From: an uncultured Chloroflexia bacterium
GTDB taxonomy: Bacteria > Chloroflexota > Anaerolineae > Anaerolineales > UBA4823
DNA length: 64,000 bases
Direction: 5' to 3'
NCBI GenBank assembly: GCA_963706515.1
Contig: CAVPMW010000010.1
Span: 54,377 to 118,376 of the forward strand
The position numbers were made by a program, and so were the translations under genes. A model generated the notes under the pieces. It saw nothing but the letters and a program-made list of their open reading frames with translations. It ran no database searches and was not told the origin of the DNA. Positions 17,871 through 27,921 of this stretch are shown here, in pieces (the first letter of the stretch is position 1; every line of letters begins with the position of its first letter).

Positions 17871-18822
17871 CCTGAGCAGCCTGATTTATGTCTACATTTG
17901 ATGCACCGGAGAAAATCCGCGGCAGCCACAATGCTCCGGGAAAGGTAACCGTTAATGCGATCAAGCGCGTGATCACCGCCAGCGCTGTGGCCTGCTCGAT
18001 ATTGGCTCCGAGTTTTAGATACAGTGTTGTAATAGCGACTTCACGTACGCCCAGCCCATTTACTGATATCGGCAGCATGGTAATGAAATAGGTGATGGCG
18101 GTCGCGCCCATAACCTGATATAAAGCGACGGAAATTCCCAGCCCACGGGCTATCAGCCAGATTGCAACCATCACCACAAATATTGAAAACCAGGATACCA
18201 GGAAGGCAGCCGCGAGGATGAAAGGGCGTTTAAGCCAGATCGAAAATGCATCGCGTGTTTTGATCAGCCAGCGGTAAACCCGAGCGGAATATTTTTGGAT
18301 AACCCCAATTCTCTGAGTAAAGAATGCGGAGGCTGATATAGCACCTGGAAGAGAGTTACCGGTTAGCAGTGAGCCATTAACTATAAAGGTAAGCATGGAT
18401 AGAGGCAGGATGGTTACGAATGCTGCCACATTCACAAATCGATCAAGTGCGACCGATGCCAAACATATCGCCCGGTTATCGGTATAACGGAATAAGCTGG
18501 CGAAGCGAATAGCATCTCCCCCGACTGTTGATGGTAAAAAATTCGAAACAAAAGCCCCGCTCAGGCTGATCTTAAATGTCTGCCGGAATGGGATTTGTAC
18601 GGGTGGCGCGTGCAGTAAGATATACCAACGCAATGCATTTGCCACCTGACCGGTGAAATACAGCCCGATTGCCAGCAGCAAGGATACCCTGGGAATATCG
18701 GATATGTAGAGAACGACGATCTGCCATTTTTGCTGAGTAAGCAGCCATAAAAAGATGAGCAAAGAGATAATCGTACCTGCCCAGCGGAGCCATTTAAACC
18801 GGGATTGATTTTGTTTAAACAT
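17836..18822 (-). CDS. UPF0104 / LPG_synthase_TM (MprF flippase-domain-like) membrane protein
   Basis: 328 aa, about 8 TM segments. Motifs ...ANALRWYILL... and ...SNFLPSTVGGDAIRF... are typical of this family. Confidence 0.7.
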   Translation of the reverse strand: MFKQNQSRFKWLRWAGTIISLLIFLWLLTQQKWQIVVLYISDIPRVSLLLAIGLYFTGQVANALRWYILLHAPPVQIPFRQTFKISLSGAFVSNFLPSTVGGDAIRFASLFRYTDNRAICLASVALDRFVNVAAFVTILPLSMLTFIVNGSLLTGNSLPGAISASAFFTQRIGVIQKYSARVYRWLIKTRDAFSIWLKRPFILAAAFLVSWFSIFVVMVAIWLIARGLGISVALYQVMGATAITYFITMLPISVNGLGVREVAITTLYLKLGANIEQATALAVITRLIALTVTFPGALWLPRIFSGASNVDINQAAQDGSANNDQSLP

Positions 18823-18837
18823 TAACGAAGCTGCGTT

Positions 18838-19884
18838 TCATCCTTGAGTGACAATTACTTTCAGTCGATCGGATATCATTTTTTGGTGTTGGTGAATAAC
18901 CTTGCCCGATTTTGGTAATTCAAGCTCAATCAGCGGGATAGACTGACCGAGTCTTTTTAGTATCTGTCTTTCAGAGTCCTTCCAATTCTGGAGCCAGCCA
19001 GCCAGATCCGTAACTGCACCGGATTTTTGAAGGAGCGTGAGGAAATGGCGTGCCTCGTAAAAATTCATTTCAATCAGGGATTCAAGCGTGCTTTCTTGAG
19101 GGGCTACTGGATGAAACTCCGGAATTGACCGGTCGGATGATCGTTTCAAGATAATGATTGCTCCCGGAATGGCCCTCATGCAAATCTCACGTCCGGGCCA
19201 CAACTGATGGACGTCCACCCGCACGGGCCATTTGATGTTGTCCTGGCTGAATCGGCGCAAGCCGCCGTACATCTCGAGGCGTAATCGCTCCGATCTTGAG
19301 AGCTGGTTTTTCACGCCAGGCACCCATACCAGCAGATCCTTATAGAGATGAGACCGTGTCAGGTACGCGAGGCTTTCAGGACCTGCGCGCAGGAAGACGT
19401 AATCGTCGGCATGAGGCGACCAGGTCTGATCCGTCTCTGCCAGGAGCAGCGAGGTAAAGGTGGTCTTTCCGCTGCCGCCTCTGCCGGTAAAAATCAAGCT
19501 GTGGTCCTGGCGTGTGACGGCGCCTGCATGGAGCAATAAAACACCTTGATTGCTGGATAAATAGCGCAGGCTGGGGTGGACGAGCATGTGATGAACCATG
19601 GGAACGGACAATTTATTCCCGATTACATCGATGTCCACCTGGTCGGGGGATACTCTTAGCTGATAAGCCCAGCGGGCCAGCGTTTTATGCTGGTGAAATG
19701 AAAACCCTGCAGGGGCAGAGAAAGGACCATCTTTTCTGCTGAAATTTAGATTTATCCGGGCAGAAGAGGGCACGTAAACGCTGGGGATATGGTACTGATA
19801 TTCACGAAGGTAGAAATCTGCATCTTCTGAATTGTCTGTCGTTACGGCTAAATCCACAAGCTGATGAAAGCTAAAAAAAGTCAT
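18838..19884 (-). CDS. HPr-kinase-like P-loop protein (HprK-related kinase family)
   Basis: 348 aa. The segment ...GVLLLHAGAV...LIFTGRGGSGKTTFTSLLL...HADDYVFL... parallels the HprK/P core VLITG.SG.GKSE.ALEL...GH.L.ADD. Confidence 0.55.
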   Translation of the reverse strand: MTFFSFHQLVDLAVTTDNSEDADFYLREYQYHIPSVYVPSSARINLNFSRKDGPFSAPAGFSFHQHKTLARWAYQLRVSPDQVDIDVIGNKLSVPMVHHMLVHPSLRYLSSNQGVLLLHAGAVTRQDHSLIFTGRGGSGKTTFTSLLLAETDQTWSPHADDYVFLRAGPESLAYLTRSHLYKDLLVWVPGVKNQLSRSERLRLEMYGGLRRFSQDNIKWPVRVDVHQLWPGREICMRAIPGAIIILKRSSDRSIPEFHPVAPQESTLESLIEMNFYEARHFLTLLQKSGAVTDLAGWLQNWKDSERQILKRLGQSIPLIELELPKSGKVIHQHQKMISDRLKVIVTQG

Positions 19885-21041
19885 TGTTCTACAGGTATTG
19901 CCTTTACTGGCTCATTGACCACAATAGATTCGAAGAGCTCTTCATAGCAATCCACGATTTCTTTGATATCTAATTTTCGCGCAATATTTATGCTTTCTTT
20001 CCGGAACCCTTCGAGCAAGCCAGGGTCAGTCAGCATAGCCGCTAAATGTTGGGAAAAAAGGAACGGCTGATCGAGTGGAACACAATAACCGTTGATTCCA
20101 TTTTCGATGATCCCAGAAAAACCCCCGATTTGAGTGCCTAACATAGCCAGCCCCATGGCTAACGCCTGGATACCTACGATCGGAAATCCTTCGTACAAAG
20201 ACGGCAGGAATAAAATGTCGCTTTTCCGGTACCATTCCAGCACTTCATCCGGAGTGATCCAACCGGTGAGCACTATTCGATCTTGAAGCCTGAGCATCTC
20301 GATCTCACGCAGGATTTCTCCCCGCATCTCCCCATCCCCAATCATGGTGCACTGCCAATCAAGCTCTTTAATCGCGGCGAGCGACCTGACCACCTGGAGT
20401 GGATTTTTTTGGGGGGTCAGCCTGCCGATAAACAATATATGAGGTCTGCTGTTTGGCTGGATCGAGCCCTGCCAGAGTGACTCGAGATCAACGCCGTTGT
20501 GAATAACCTGGACAGGGACGGGATAGCGTTTTAACGCCAGCGCCCGGGTGTACTCACTCACTGCGACAATTTTCGTGGCATTTTTCCATATTGGTGGAGT
20601 CAGCGGAAAGATCCAGCGGAACCAGCGATCCGTTTTATCAGGCACACCGCCGGGGATATCACCGAGATGCACGGTGAGTACGTATGGGATGCTGGTCAGG
20701 CGGTGCCAGGCCCAGGCTGGCGCTCCACCAGGTACTGCGAAGTGGGCATGGATCACATCCGGTCGCCATTCCTGGATCAATCTGAGACCCTTCGCTGTTG
20801 CATTGCAGATATAGGCTGCCATCGATATTAGGCTGGCTTGGTATGCCTGCTGGCGCAAGGCTGATAAGCGGTATATCCGGATCCCGTCGACCAGCTCAAC
20901 CTTCGGCATGCCTCTCATCCCAGAAGTTAATATCGTAACCTCGTGTCCTTTTTTCACCAGGCCGTGACATAAATCATAGGCAACCCGACCGCCTCCGCCG
21001 CCAATCGGGGGAAATTCATGAATGGACACCAATATCCGCAT
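19881..21041 (-). CDS. GT4 family (GT-B) glycosyltransferase
   Basis: 386 aa. N-terminal MRILVSIHEFPPIGGGGGRVAYDL and C-terminal ...LFLPSLYEGFPIVGIQALAMGLA... (E-x7-E region). Confidence 0.8.
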   Translation of the reverse strand: MRILVSIHEFPPIGGGGGRVAYDLCHGLVKKGHEVTILTSGMRGMPKVELVDGIRIYRLSALRQQAYQASLISMAAYICNATAKGLRLIQEWRPDVIHAHFAVPGGAPAWAWHRLTSIPYVLTVHLGDIPGGVPDKTDRWFRWIFPLTPPIWKNATKIVAVSEYTRALALKRYPVPVQVIHNGVDLESLWQGSIQPNSRPHILFIGRLTPQKNPLQVVRSLAAIKELDWQCTMIGDGEMRGEILREIEMLRLQDRIVLTGWITPDEVLEWYRKSDILFLPSLYEGFPIVGIQALAMGLAMLGTQIGGFSGIIENGINGYCVPLDQPFLFSQHLAAMLTDPGLLEGFRKESINIARKLDIKEIVDCYEELFESIVVNEPVKAIPVEQ

Positions 21042-21048
21042 TCAAGCC

Positions 21049-22020
21049 TCAGGCGGTGGTGACATTCTTGCGGATTACCTTGCGGATGATGTACGTAGGT
21101 TTGTCCTGCGATTCATGGTATGTGCGGACTAAAAGCTCGGCGATTAAGCCCATTAAAATCGATTGGAAACCGAGGATGAACAGCATAATGCCGACTGCGA
21201 ACAAGGGTGATTGGATGACGGATACCGAGAAAAGCAGCCGCCTGGCAGCCAGGATAAACAGGATTACCGAACTGATAAACATCAGGATCAGCCCCGCACC
21301 GCCGAAAAGGTAGATCGGTTTGTTGGAGTAGCTGATGAAAAATTTCGCCGTGAACAAATCCAGAATAACTTTAACTGTCCGGTTTAAGCCGTACTTGGTC
21401 TTGCCATAGCGGCGGGGGTAATGATGGACGGGCACCTCGATTATTTTTGCTCCTACTGAGCTGGCATAAGCCGGAATGAAGCGATGCATTTCACCATACA
21501 AGCGGAAACCGGTCAGCACTTCACGGCGGTAAACCTTTAATGTGCAGCCATAGTCGTGCAAGTGCACGCCGGTCACCGTGGAGATCAAGCCGTTTGCCAT
21601 GCGCGAAGGGAGTGTGCGCGTGATGAATGCATCCTTGCGGTTCTTGCGCCAGCCGCTTACGACATCGTAGCCCTCATCTATTTTATCCAGCATCATCGGG
21701 ATGTCGTCAGGATCGTTCTGTAAGTCTGCATCCAGCAAGACGATCAAATCTCCCAGAGCATAATCGATCCCGGCAGCGATCGCCGCGGTCTGGCCAAAAT
21801 TGCGCCGGAATGAGATTACAGAGATATGATCGGGATCGCAGGCTGCCAGGTTTCCAAGGATTTCCAGGCTTTTATCGGAGCTGCCGTCGTCCACGTAGAC
21901 TACTTCCCAGGAGCGTGGAAGCGGTGTGAGCGCCTCTGTTATTTTATTATTCAATAACGGAAGGTTTTCTTCTTCGTTATATACTGGAATAACCAGCGAG
22001 ATACTTGAAATGTTATCCAT
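21049..22020 (-). CDS. GT2 polyprenyl-phosphate glycosyltransferase (GtrB/ArnC/DPM1-like)
   Basis: 323 aa. Motifs LVIPVYNEEENL, VVYVDDGSSD, VLLDADLQNDP and GW...R.D. Two C-terminal TM helices (IYLFGGAGLILMFISSVILF..., FAVGIMLFILGFQSILMGLIAEL), as in GtrB/ArnC. Confidence 0.8.
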   Translation of the reverse strand: MDNISSISLVIPVYNEEENLPLLNNKITEALTPLPRSWEVVYVDDGSSDKSLEILGNLAACDPDHISVISFRRNFGQTAAIAAGIDYALGDLIVLLDADLQNDPDDIPMMLDKIDEGYDVVSGWRKNRKDAFITRTLPSRMANGLISTVTGVHLHDYGCTLKVYRREVLTGFRLYGEMHRFIPAYASSVGAKIIEVPVHHYPRRYGKTKYGLNRTVKVILDLFTAKFFISYSNKPIYLFGGAGLILMFISSVILFILAARRLLFSVSVIQSPLFAVGIMLFILGFQSILMGLIAELLVRTYHESQDKPTYIIRKVIRKNVTTA

Positions 22021-22033
22021 AGCAAAAATTGAT

Positions 22034-23923
22034 TTAATCCGATATTCTCTGGAAAATCCTCAGGCGGTATTTATCTTTACACGGTGTAGTTGAGCTTGAG
22101 CGAGGCAGTTCATCAAATTGACCGGATTCCAGCCGCTGCTTCCAGTCATCGGTGTAACGGCGTTCTTCAATAATAACATAATCAGCCTGACTGAACCATT
22201 GATTGGCGAGCTCCGAGTTCCACAACCCGAACTTGCGCAGCTCATCCGGGTCTCCCCCAATCTTATCTGAATAAGCGCCGTTGATTTGTGGAGAAAAGAG
22301 CTCGACCCCGGGCGCTTGCAGCAGCGGGACAACAGAAAGGCTCCCTTTCCAGTATACCTTAGAACCCGGAGGGATCACCCTGGCGAGATAGCGTCCGACC
22401 GCTTCATTGGATGCGATCACGTCTCCAGAGCAGTCGTGGACATTCTGGTTAGCCAGGACGACTGTCGGCGAAAGAAGCAGGCCAAAAATTAGCAGCCCAT
22501 TTGCGATAAACAGACCATAGCTCGCTTGAATGTCTCTGTTCTTTCTCAGCCGTCGATAAATCAGCCAGACCCCGACCAGCAGTAAAACCCCAACGATTGC
22601 ACCGGCGAGGGTAGGGATGAGCCACCCGGTCAATGTGCGCGGCAGCCCAAAGCGATTTTCCAGCACTCCCCATAAGGAAATGCCGCCAGGCATCAGGTGA
22701 AGATTTTTAACTCTGGGCATGGGCAGCTCTACCAGGGCAACCCCGAGATCCTGGGAGCTTCCTAAGCCAATACTGGTGGTAATCAAGATCACCAGAGCCG
22801 CGCAAATCCAGCTGAACCAGCCAGCCTGCCTCGATTGCCAGGCACGGTTTATGAGAATTACCAGGAGCAAGCCAAGCGGTGCGAAAAAAGTTATATAGCT
22901 GGTGTAACAATATACACAATAATTCTTGGTTAGTGAGGCCCAAATATGTGCCAGCCAGAGCGAGCCAAATAATAGGCTGATGAAGATGCCCATCTTGCGG
23001 TAGGAGCTGTACTTCCAGTGTCTGGAAAAGAAAAACGGGAGACTGAAGATAAGGAATGCCGTCAAAGGGATGAAATTCGCACGATATCCCTGCCAAAAGC
23101 TCAGCCAGCGATCTTCAAACGTGATCGATGGATCCCACACGTTACTAACCCTGTGGAGGAGGCGGAACTGGCTGAGAAAAGGGGTCAGTGCGGGTGGCAG
23201 CCAGGACGCCCAAAGCCGCATAATGTTTGGCCAGAAGACAGCGTGCCCGATGAGGACGGTCAGCAGACAGACTATCGTGGAAATGAAACCGGCTCGGACG
23301 CCGTGTTGCCAGAATATATAGAAGAGCAAGAAGGGGATTACCGGCAGCATATTCATACGGGTGAGCAGCATTGCTCCGGCTAGAAATGATCCTAAGGCGA
23401 GCTGCCAGGTTTTCCGCTCTTCAGCCAGCACCAATACCAGAATCCAGATCAGCATGCAGGAGATCAGGACCTGAGACACGGCGATGCTGTAGGTTTTGAT
23501 CAATGCAGGGTTGAGGGCAACTGCCGCGACCGCGCCCGCCGCCCACCACTCACCTCCCAGCCGGCGTGCCAGCAGCCACAGACCTACCAGCATCAGGAGC
23601 CCCAGGCAGATAGCGAGATAGCGCCCCGTTCGTAAGCCAGGTCCGAACACCTTTTCGATGAAACCTGGAATCAGATAGGATAAAGGCATCTGGTTGGTCC
23701 AGGGTCCATAATCCTGGAATGGGAAATATTTTCCGGTCAGGTATAGATAACCTTTATAGAGGTAAGCTCCCTCATCCAGGATGGATTCCTGATTGTGGGC
23801 GTAGAACACAGTCTGGACAAGATAAACCATCCCAGCCAGCAGTGCGGCTGCCTGTGCTACCCAAGGGGCTGCTTTAAGGCGCTCAATAAGTGATAAGGGT
23901 TTGGAAACTGCGGTGTCTACCAA
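22034..23923 (-). CDS. GT-C (PMT_2/GT39-like) glycosyltransferase, 629 aa
   Basis: Polytopic. First loop ...SILDEGAYLYKGY...; soluble C-terminal domain. Roughly half-identical by eye to 24991..26859. TTG start. Confidence 0.7.
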   Translation of the reverse strand: MVDTAVSKPLSLIERLKAAPWVAQAAALLAGMVYLVQTVFYAHNQESILDEGAYLYKGYLYLTGKYFPFQDYGPWTNQMPLSYLIPGFIEKVFGPGLRTGRYLAICLGLLMLVGLWLLARRLGGEWWAAGAVAAVALNPALIKTYSIAVSQVLISCMLIWILVLVLAEERKTWQLALGSFLAGAMLLTRMNMLPVIPFLLFYIFWQHGVRAGFISTIVCLLTVLIGHAVFWPNIMRLWASWLPPALTPFLSQFRLLHRVSNVWDPSITFEDRWLSFWQGYRANFIPLTAFLIFSLPFFFSRHWKYSSYRKMGIFISLLFGSLWLAHIWASLTKNYCVYCYTSYITFFAPLGLLLVILINRAWQSRQAGWFSWICAALVILITTSIGLGSSQDLGVALVELPMPRVKNLHLMPGGISLWGVLENRFGLPRTLTGWLIPTLAGAIVGVLLLVGVWLIYRRLRKNRDIQASYGLFIANGLLIFGLLLSPTVVLANQNVHDCSGDVIASNEAVGRYLARVIPPGSKVYWKGSLSVVPLLQAPGVELFSPQINGAYSDKIGGDPDELRKFGLWNSELANQWFSQADYVIIEERRYTDDWKQRLESGQFDELPRSSSTTPCKDKYRLRIFQRISD

Positions 23924-23992
23924 TTTTAGAAGAACGCTTTTCTTACAATGTCTCGCCCAAGACCAGCTAAGGGCTCTTTATTTGCTCCTGAT

Positions 23993-24973
23993 TCAGGAGG
24001 GGTCCGTCGCTTGTGCATCTGCAGCCGGGGAATCGGCGGAACGCTCACCTGTGATCAGGCTGGGGACAACGATTGCCCCTGGGAGGCTGACGATCATCAT
24101 GATGGTGCGAAAGAGGAGCGCTGTAGTTAACGCACTGGCCATTGAAACTCCCGCCAACCTGGAAAAGATGAAAGTCATCGATAATTCCTGGACACCATAT
24201 CCATTAATTGAGATCGGGATAAGGGTCACGAAATAGACGACCGAGTATAGACCGGCGATCATGGTGAAGCTAACCGGTTGTCCCTGACCCAGGAACAGCA
24301 GATAGAGCACCGCGAACAACCCGAGCATATTGATCCAGGTAAGAAGGAGGGAGAAAAGCAAGGAGAGCGGAGCGTGGGTCCAGATTGCCAGGGCATTGAA
24401 CGTGCGCTTGATCGCGGAAATTAATTTATCCGCCAGGTTCTTTATGATAAGCGGCAGACCAGCCTGGTAAGCAGGTTTATATCCGCCGGGAATATTCCCC
24501 AATACCTGTGCGGCGCGGAATGCGGGTATACCGAACGGCAGCGCCATTGCCATACCTGCCATCCCGACCAGCCGATCCACGACGAGAGAGGCGAGACTGA
24601 TTGCACCATCCAAACCGAAGCGGACGGCGCCAGCAAAACGAATTACATCGCCTCCTATGGTCGTCGGTAAAAAATTCGTGGCGAATAAACCTGCAAAGGT
24701 GATCCGAGTTATTTCCCAAAAGGTCACTTTGAGCCGAGCGGAGCGCAGCAGGACATACCAGCGTCCGGATACAGCCAGGCGGGATATCACCATGAAGACA
24801 AATGCTAACGCCAGGTAAGATAGTGGGATTTGACGAATTGCGGCCCAAATTTCATGCCAACCCTGCTCGCTGAGTAAAAATAGCAAGAGAGCTATCGCCA
24901 ACAATGTTCCCAGGATGCGCAGGATCATCCATTTCTTTGCTGGTCGCTTTGAGTTCAGGTTTGTTTGGCTCAT
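23993..24973 (-). CDS. UPF0104 / LPG_synthase_TM (MprF flippase-domain-like) membrane protein
   Basis: 326 aa. Motifs ...SGRWYVLLRSARL... and ...TNFLPTTIGGDVIRF.... Second member of the family in this locus. Confidence 0.7.
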   Translation of the reverse strand: MSQTNLNSKRPAKKWMILRILGTLLAIALLLFLLSEQGWHEIWAAIRQIPLSYLALAFVFMVISRLAVSGRWYVLLRSARLKVTFWEITRITFAGLFATNFLPTTIGGDVIRFAGAVRFGLDGAISLASLVVDRLVGMAGMAMALPFGIPAFRAAQVLGNIPGGYKPAYQAGLPLIIKNLADKLISAIKRTFNALAIWTHAPLSLLFSLLLTWINMLGLFAVLYLLFLGQGQPVSFTMIAGLYSVVYFVTLIPISINGYGVQELSMTFIFSRLAGVSMASALTTALLFRTIMMIVSLPGAIVVPSLITGERSADSPAADAQATDPS

Positions 24974-24990
24974 TTAGATAACCACAGGTA

Positions 24991-26859
24991 TCAATCTATT
25001 CTTCTAAATATCCGGATACGTGCTCCGTCTTCACACGTTACCACCGGCGGGCTTGGCTGAAGTTCTTCGAATCCATTGAAATTAAACAGGCCGGCTAGGT
25101 TTGAGTAGTATTTCTCTTGAACCAATATATAGTCCGTCTGATCCAACCAATCTTTTGCCATTTGCTCATTCCAAAAGCCATAGCGGGAGAGCTCCGCAGG
25201 ATCGCCGCCGATCACGTAGGAATAAGTGCCGTTAACTTGAGCAGGATATATTTTTACTCCAGGAATGTACAGCAATGGCACGACTGAGAGACCACCCTTC
25301 CAATAAACGCGCGCGCCGGGGGGGATTACCCCAGCCAGATAGCTCCCGGCGTCCTCGTAGGTGCGAAGCGTGTCGCCGCTGCATTCGTAGAACTGGTAGC
25401 CTCCCGCTAAAGCCAGGCTCGGCGAGAATAAAAAGCCTGCACCCAAAAAAATGACCACAGCCAGGTAGCCGAAAGAATACCCCCTTACGCCCCGCCTGCC
25501 GAGAACATAATGGCTCAGAGCAGCCAGACCAAGCACGGCAAATCCCGCCAGGAAGCCAGCCAGGGTGGGGAGGATTCTGCGCAGGTCACCCACGTCCAGC
25601 TTAGAAAATGGGGTTAGCCATCTGCGCAGCTCGATTGTACCCGGTTCCAGGGTGTGGCTGATAAGCGCTCTGGGTACCGGCAAAGATAGCAAAATGTTGC
25701 CTGTGTCCTCGTATGCGCCATATCCAATCCCGGCAGCAAGCCCCAGGATGAACAAGGCGAGCACGACCTGGTACCAGCCGGGTAGCTCTTTGCGCCAGAT
25801 CCCGAAGGTCAAGACCAGCAGAGCAAGACCAGCTACGGCAAAGAACGTGGTATATCCTGGCAGGCAATACACGCAATAATTTTTAGTCAGAGTCGCCCAC
25901 ATATGCGCGAGCAGCAAGCTGATAAATAGGAGCGACAAGAAGACTGCACTGCGAAAATCAGCGGACCTCTTCCAGCTTTGCCGCTTTGGCCAGAGCAAGA
26001 ATGCGGCGAATGCTCCGCTCAAGGCGACGAAACTCACCCTGAAGCTTAAGAAAAAGCTTGCAGCCCTCCCAGCCAGGGGGACATCCGGATCCCATGCCGG
26101 TTGGCCCGCGGGAGGCAGCCACGGTGATAACCAGGCAGAAAAAGGACCGGGCAGCCAGTAAGCCCAGATGCGCAGGATTCCCGGCCAAAAGAGCCAATGC
26201 CCGAGGATTACGGGCAAACTTATGCAAATGATCGCAAGCAGACCCAGTTTATAACCATGCTCCCAGAATATGTATAGGGCTACCAGGGGCAGGATGGGGA
26301 GCATGTTCTCACGCGTCATAACGATAATCCCGGCCAGGAGCGAGCCGAGTATGATCTGCCAGGATTTACGCTCTGCTCCTAACAGGAAGACCAACATCCA
26401 GACCAGCATGCAGGCGACCAGGCCTTCGCTTACCGCCACAGAAAAGATTTTGATCGTCACCGGATTGATAGCCAGCGCCCATATGACGATTGCAGCCCAC
26501 CAGGGACCGCCCAGGCGGCGGATGAGGATATACAATCCTGCCAGGCCCAGCAACCCAACAAATATTGCCAGGTAGCGACCGGTGCGAATCCCAGGACCGA
26601 ACAGGTATTCTGCTACACCGGGAATATAAAATGCCAGCGGCATATGGTTGCTCCAAAAGCCATTATCCTGGAAGAGGCGGAACTGTCCGGTTACAAAGTA
26701 ATAGCCTTTGAGCAAGTAGGCGCCTTCGTCTAATATCGAGGTGCGCGTATGGGCATAATTCCAGGACTGGAATATATAGAGCAGACCGCCAAGAAATGCG
26801 ACAGCTTCGGCGATACCCGGAGTTCGAACTAAGCGAGCTATTCCAGACTGAACGGTCAA
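24991..26859 (-). CDS. GT-C (PMT_2/GT39-like) glycosyltransferase, 622 aa
   Basis: Paralog of 22034..23923 (ILDEGAYLLKGY..., FGPGIRTGRYLAI..., ...GGDPAEL...). TTG start. Confidence 0.7.
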   Translation of the reverse strand: MTVQSGIARLVRTPGIAEAVAFLGGLLYIFQSWNYAHTRTSILDEGAYLLKGYYFVTGQFRLFQDNGFWSNHMPLAFYIPGVAEYLFGPGIRTGRYLAIFVGLLGLAGLYILIRRLGGPWWAAIVIWALAINPVTIKIFSVAVSEGLVACMLVWMLVFLLGAERKSWQIILGSLLAGIIVMTRENMLPILPLVALYIFWEHGYKLGLLAIICISLPVILGHWLFWPGILRIWAYWLPGPFSAWLSPWLPPAGQPAWDPDVPLAGRAASFFLSFRVSFVALSGAFAAFLLWPKRQSWKRSADFRSAVFLSLLFISLLLAHMWATLTKNYCVYCLPGYTTFFAVAGLALLVLTFGIWRKELPGWYQVVLALFILGLAAGIGYGAYEDTGNILLSLPVPRALISHTLEPGTIELRRWLTPFSKLDVGDLRRILPTLAGFLAGFAVLGLAALSHYVLGRRGVRGYSFGYLAVVIFLGAGFLFSPSLALAGGYQFYECSGDTLRTYEDAGSYLAGVIPPGARVYWKGGLSVVPLLYIPGVKIYPAQVNGTYSYVIGGDPAELSRYGFWNEQMAKDWLDQTDYILVQEKYYSNLAGLFNFNGFEELQPSPPVVTCEDGARIRIFRRID

Positions 26860-26896
26860 TTCAGCGGGTCCTGTAACAAATCTCTGTGATCAATTA

Positions 26897-27903
<1,007 letters not shown>

Positions 27904-27921
27904 AACGTTACCCGGCTGTGG

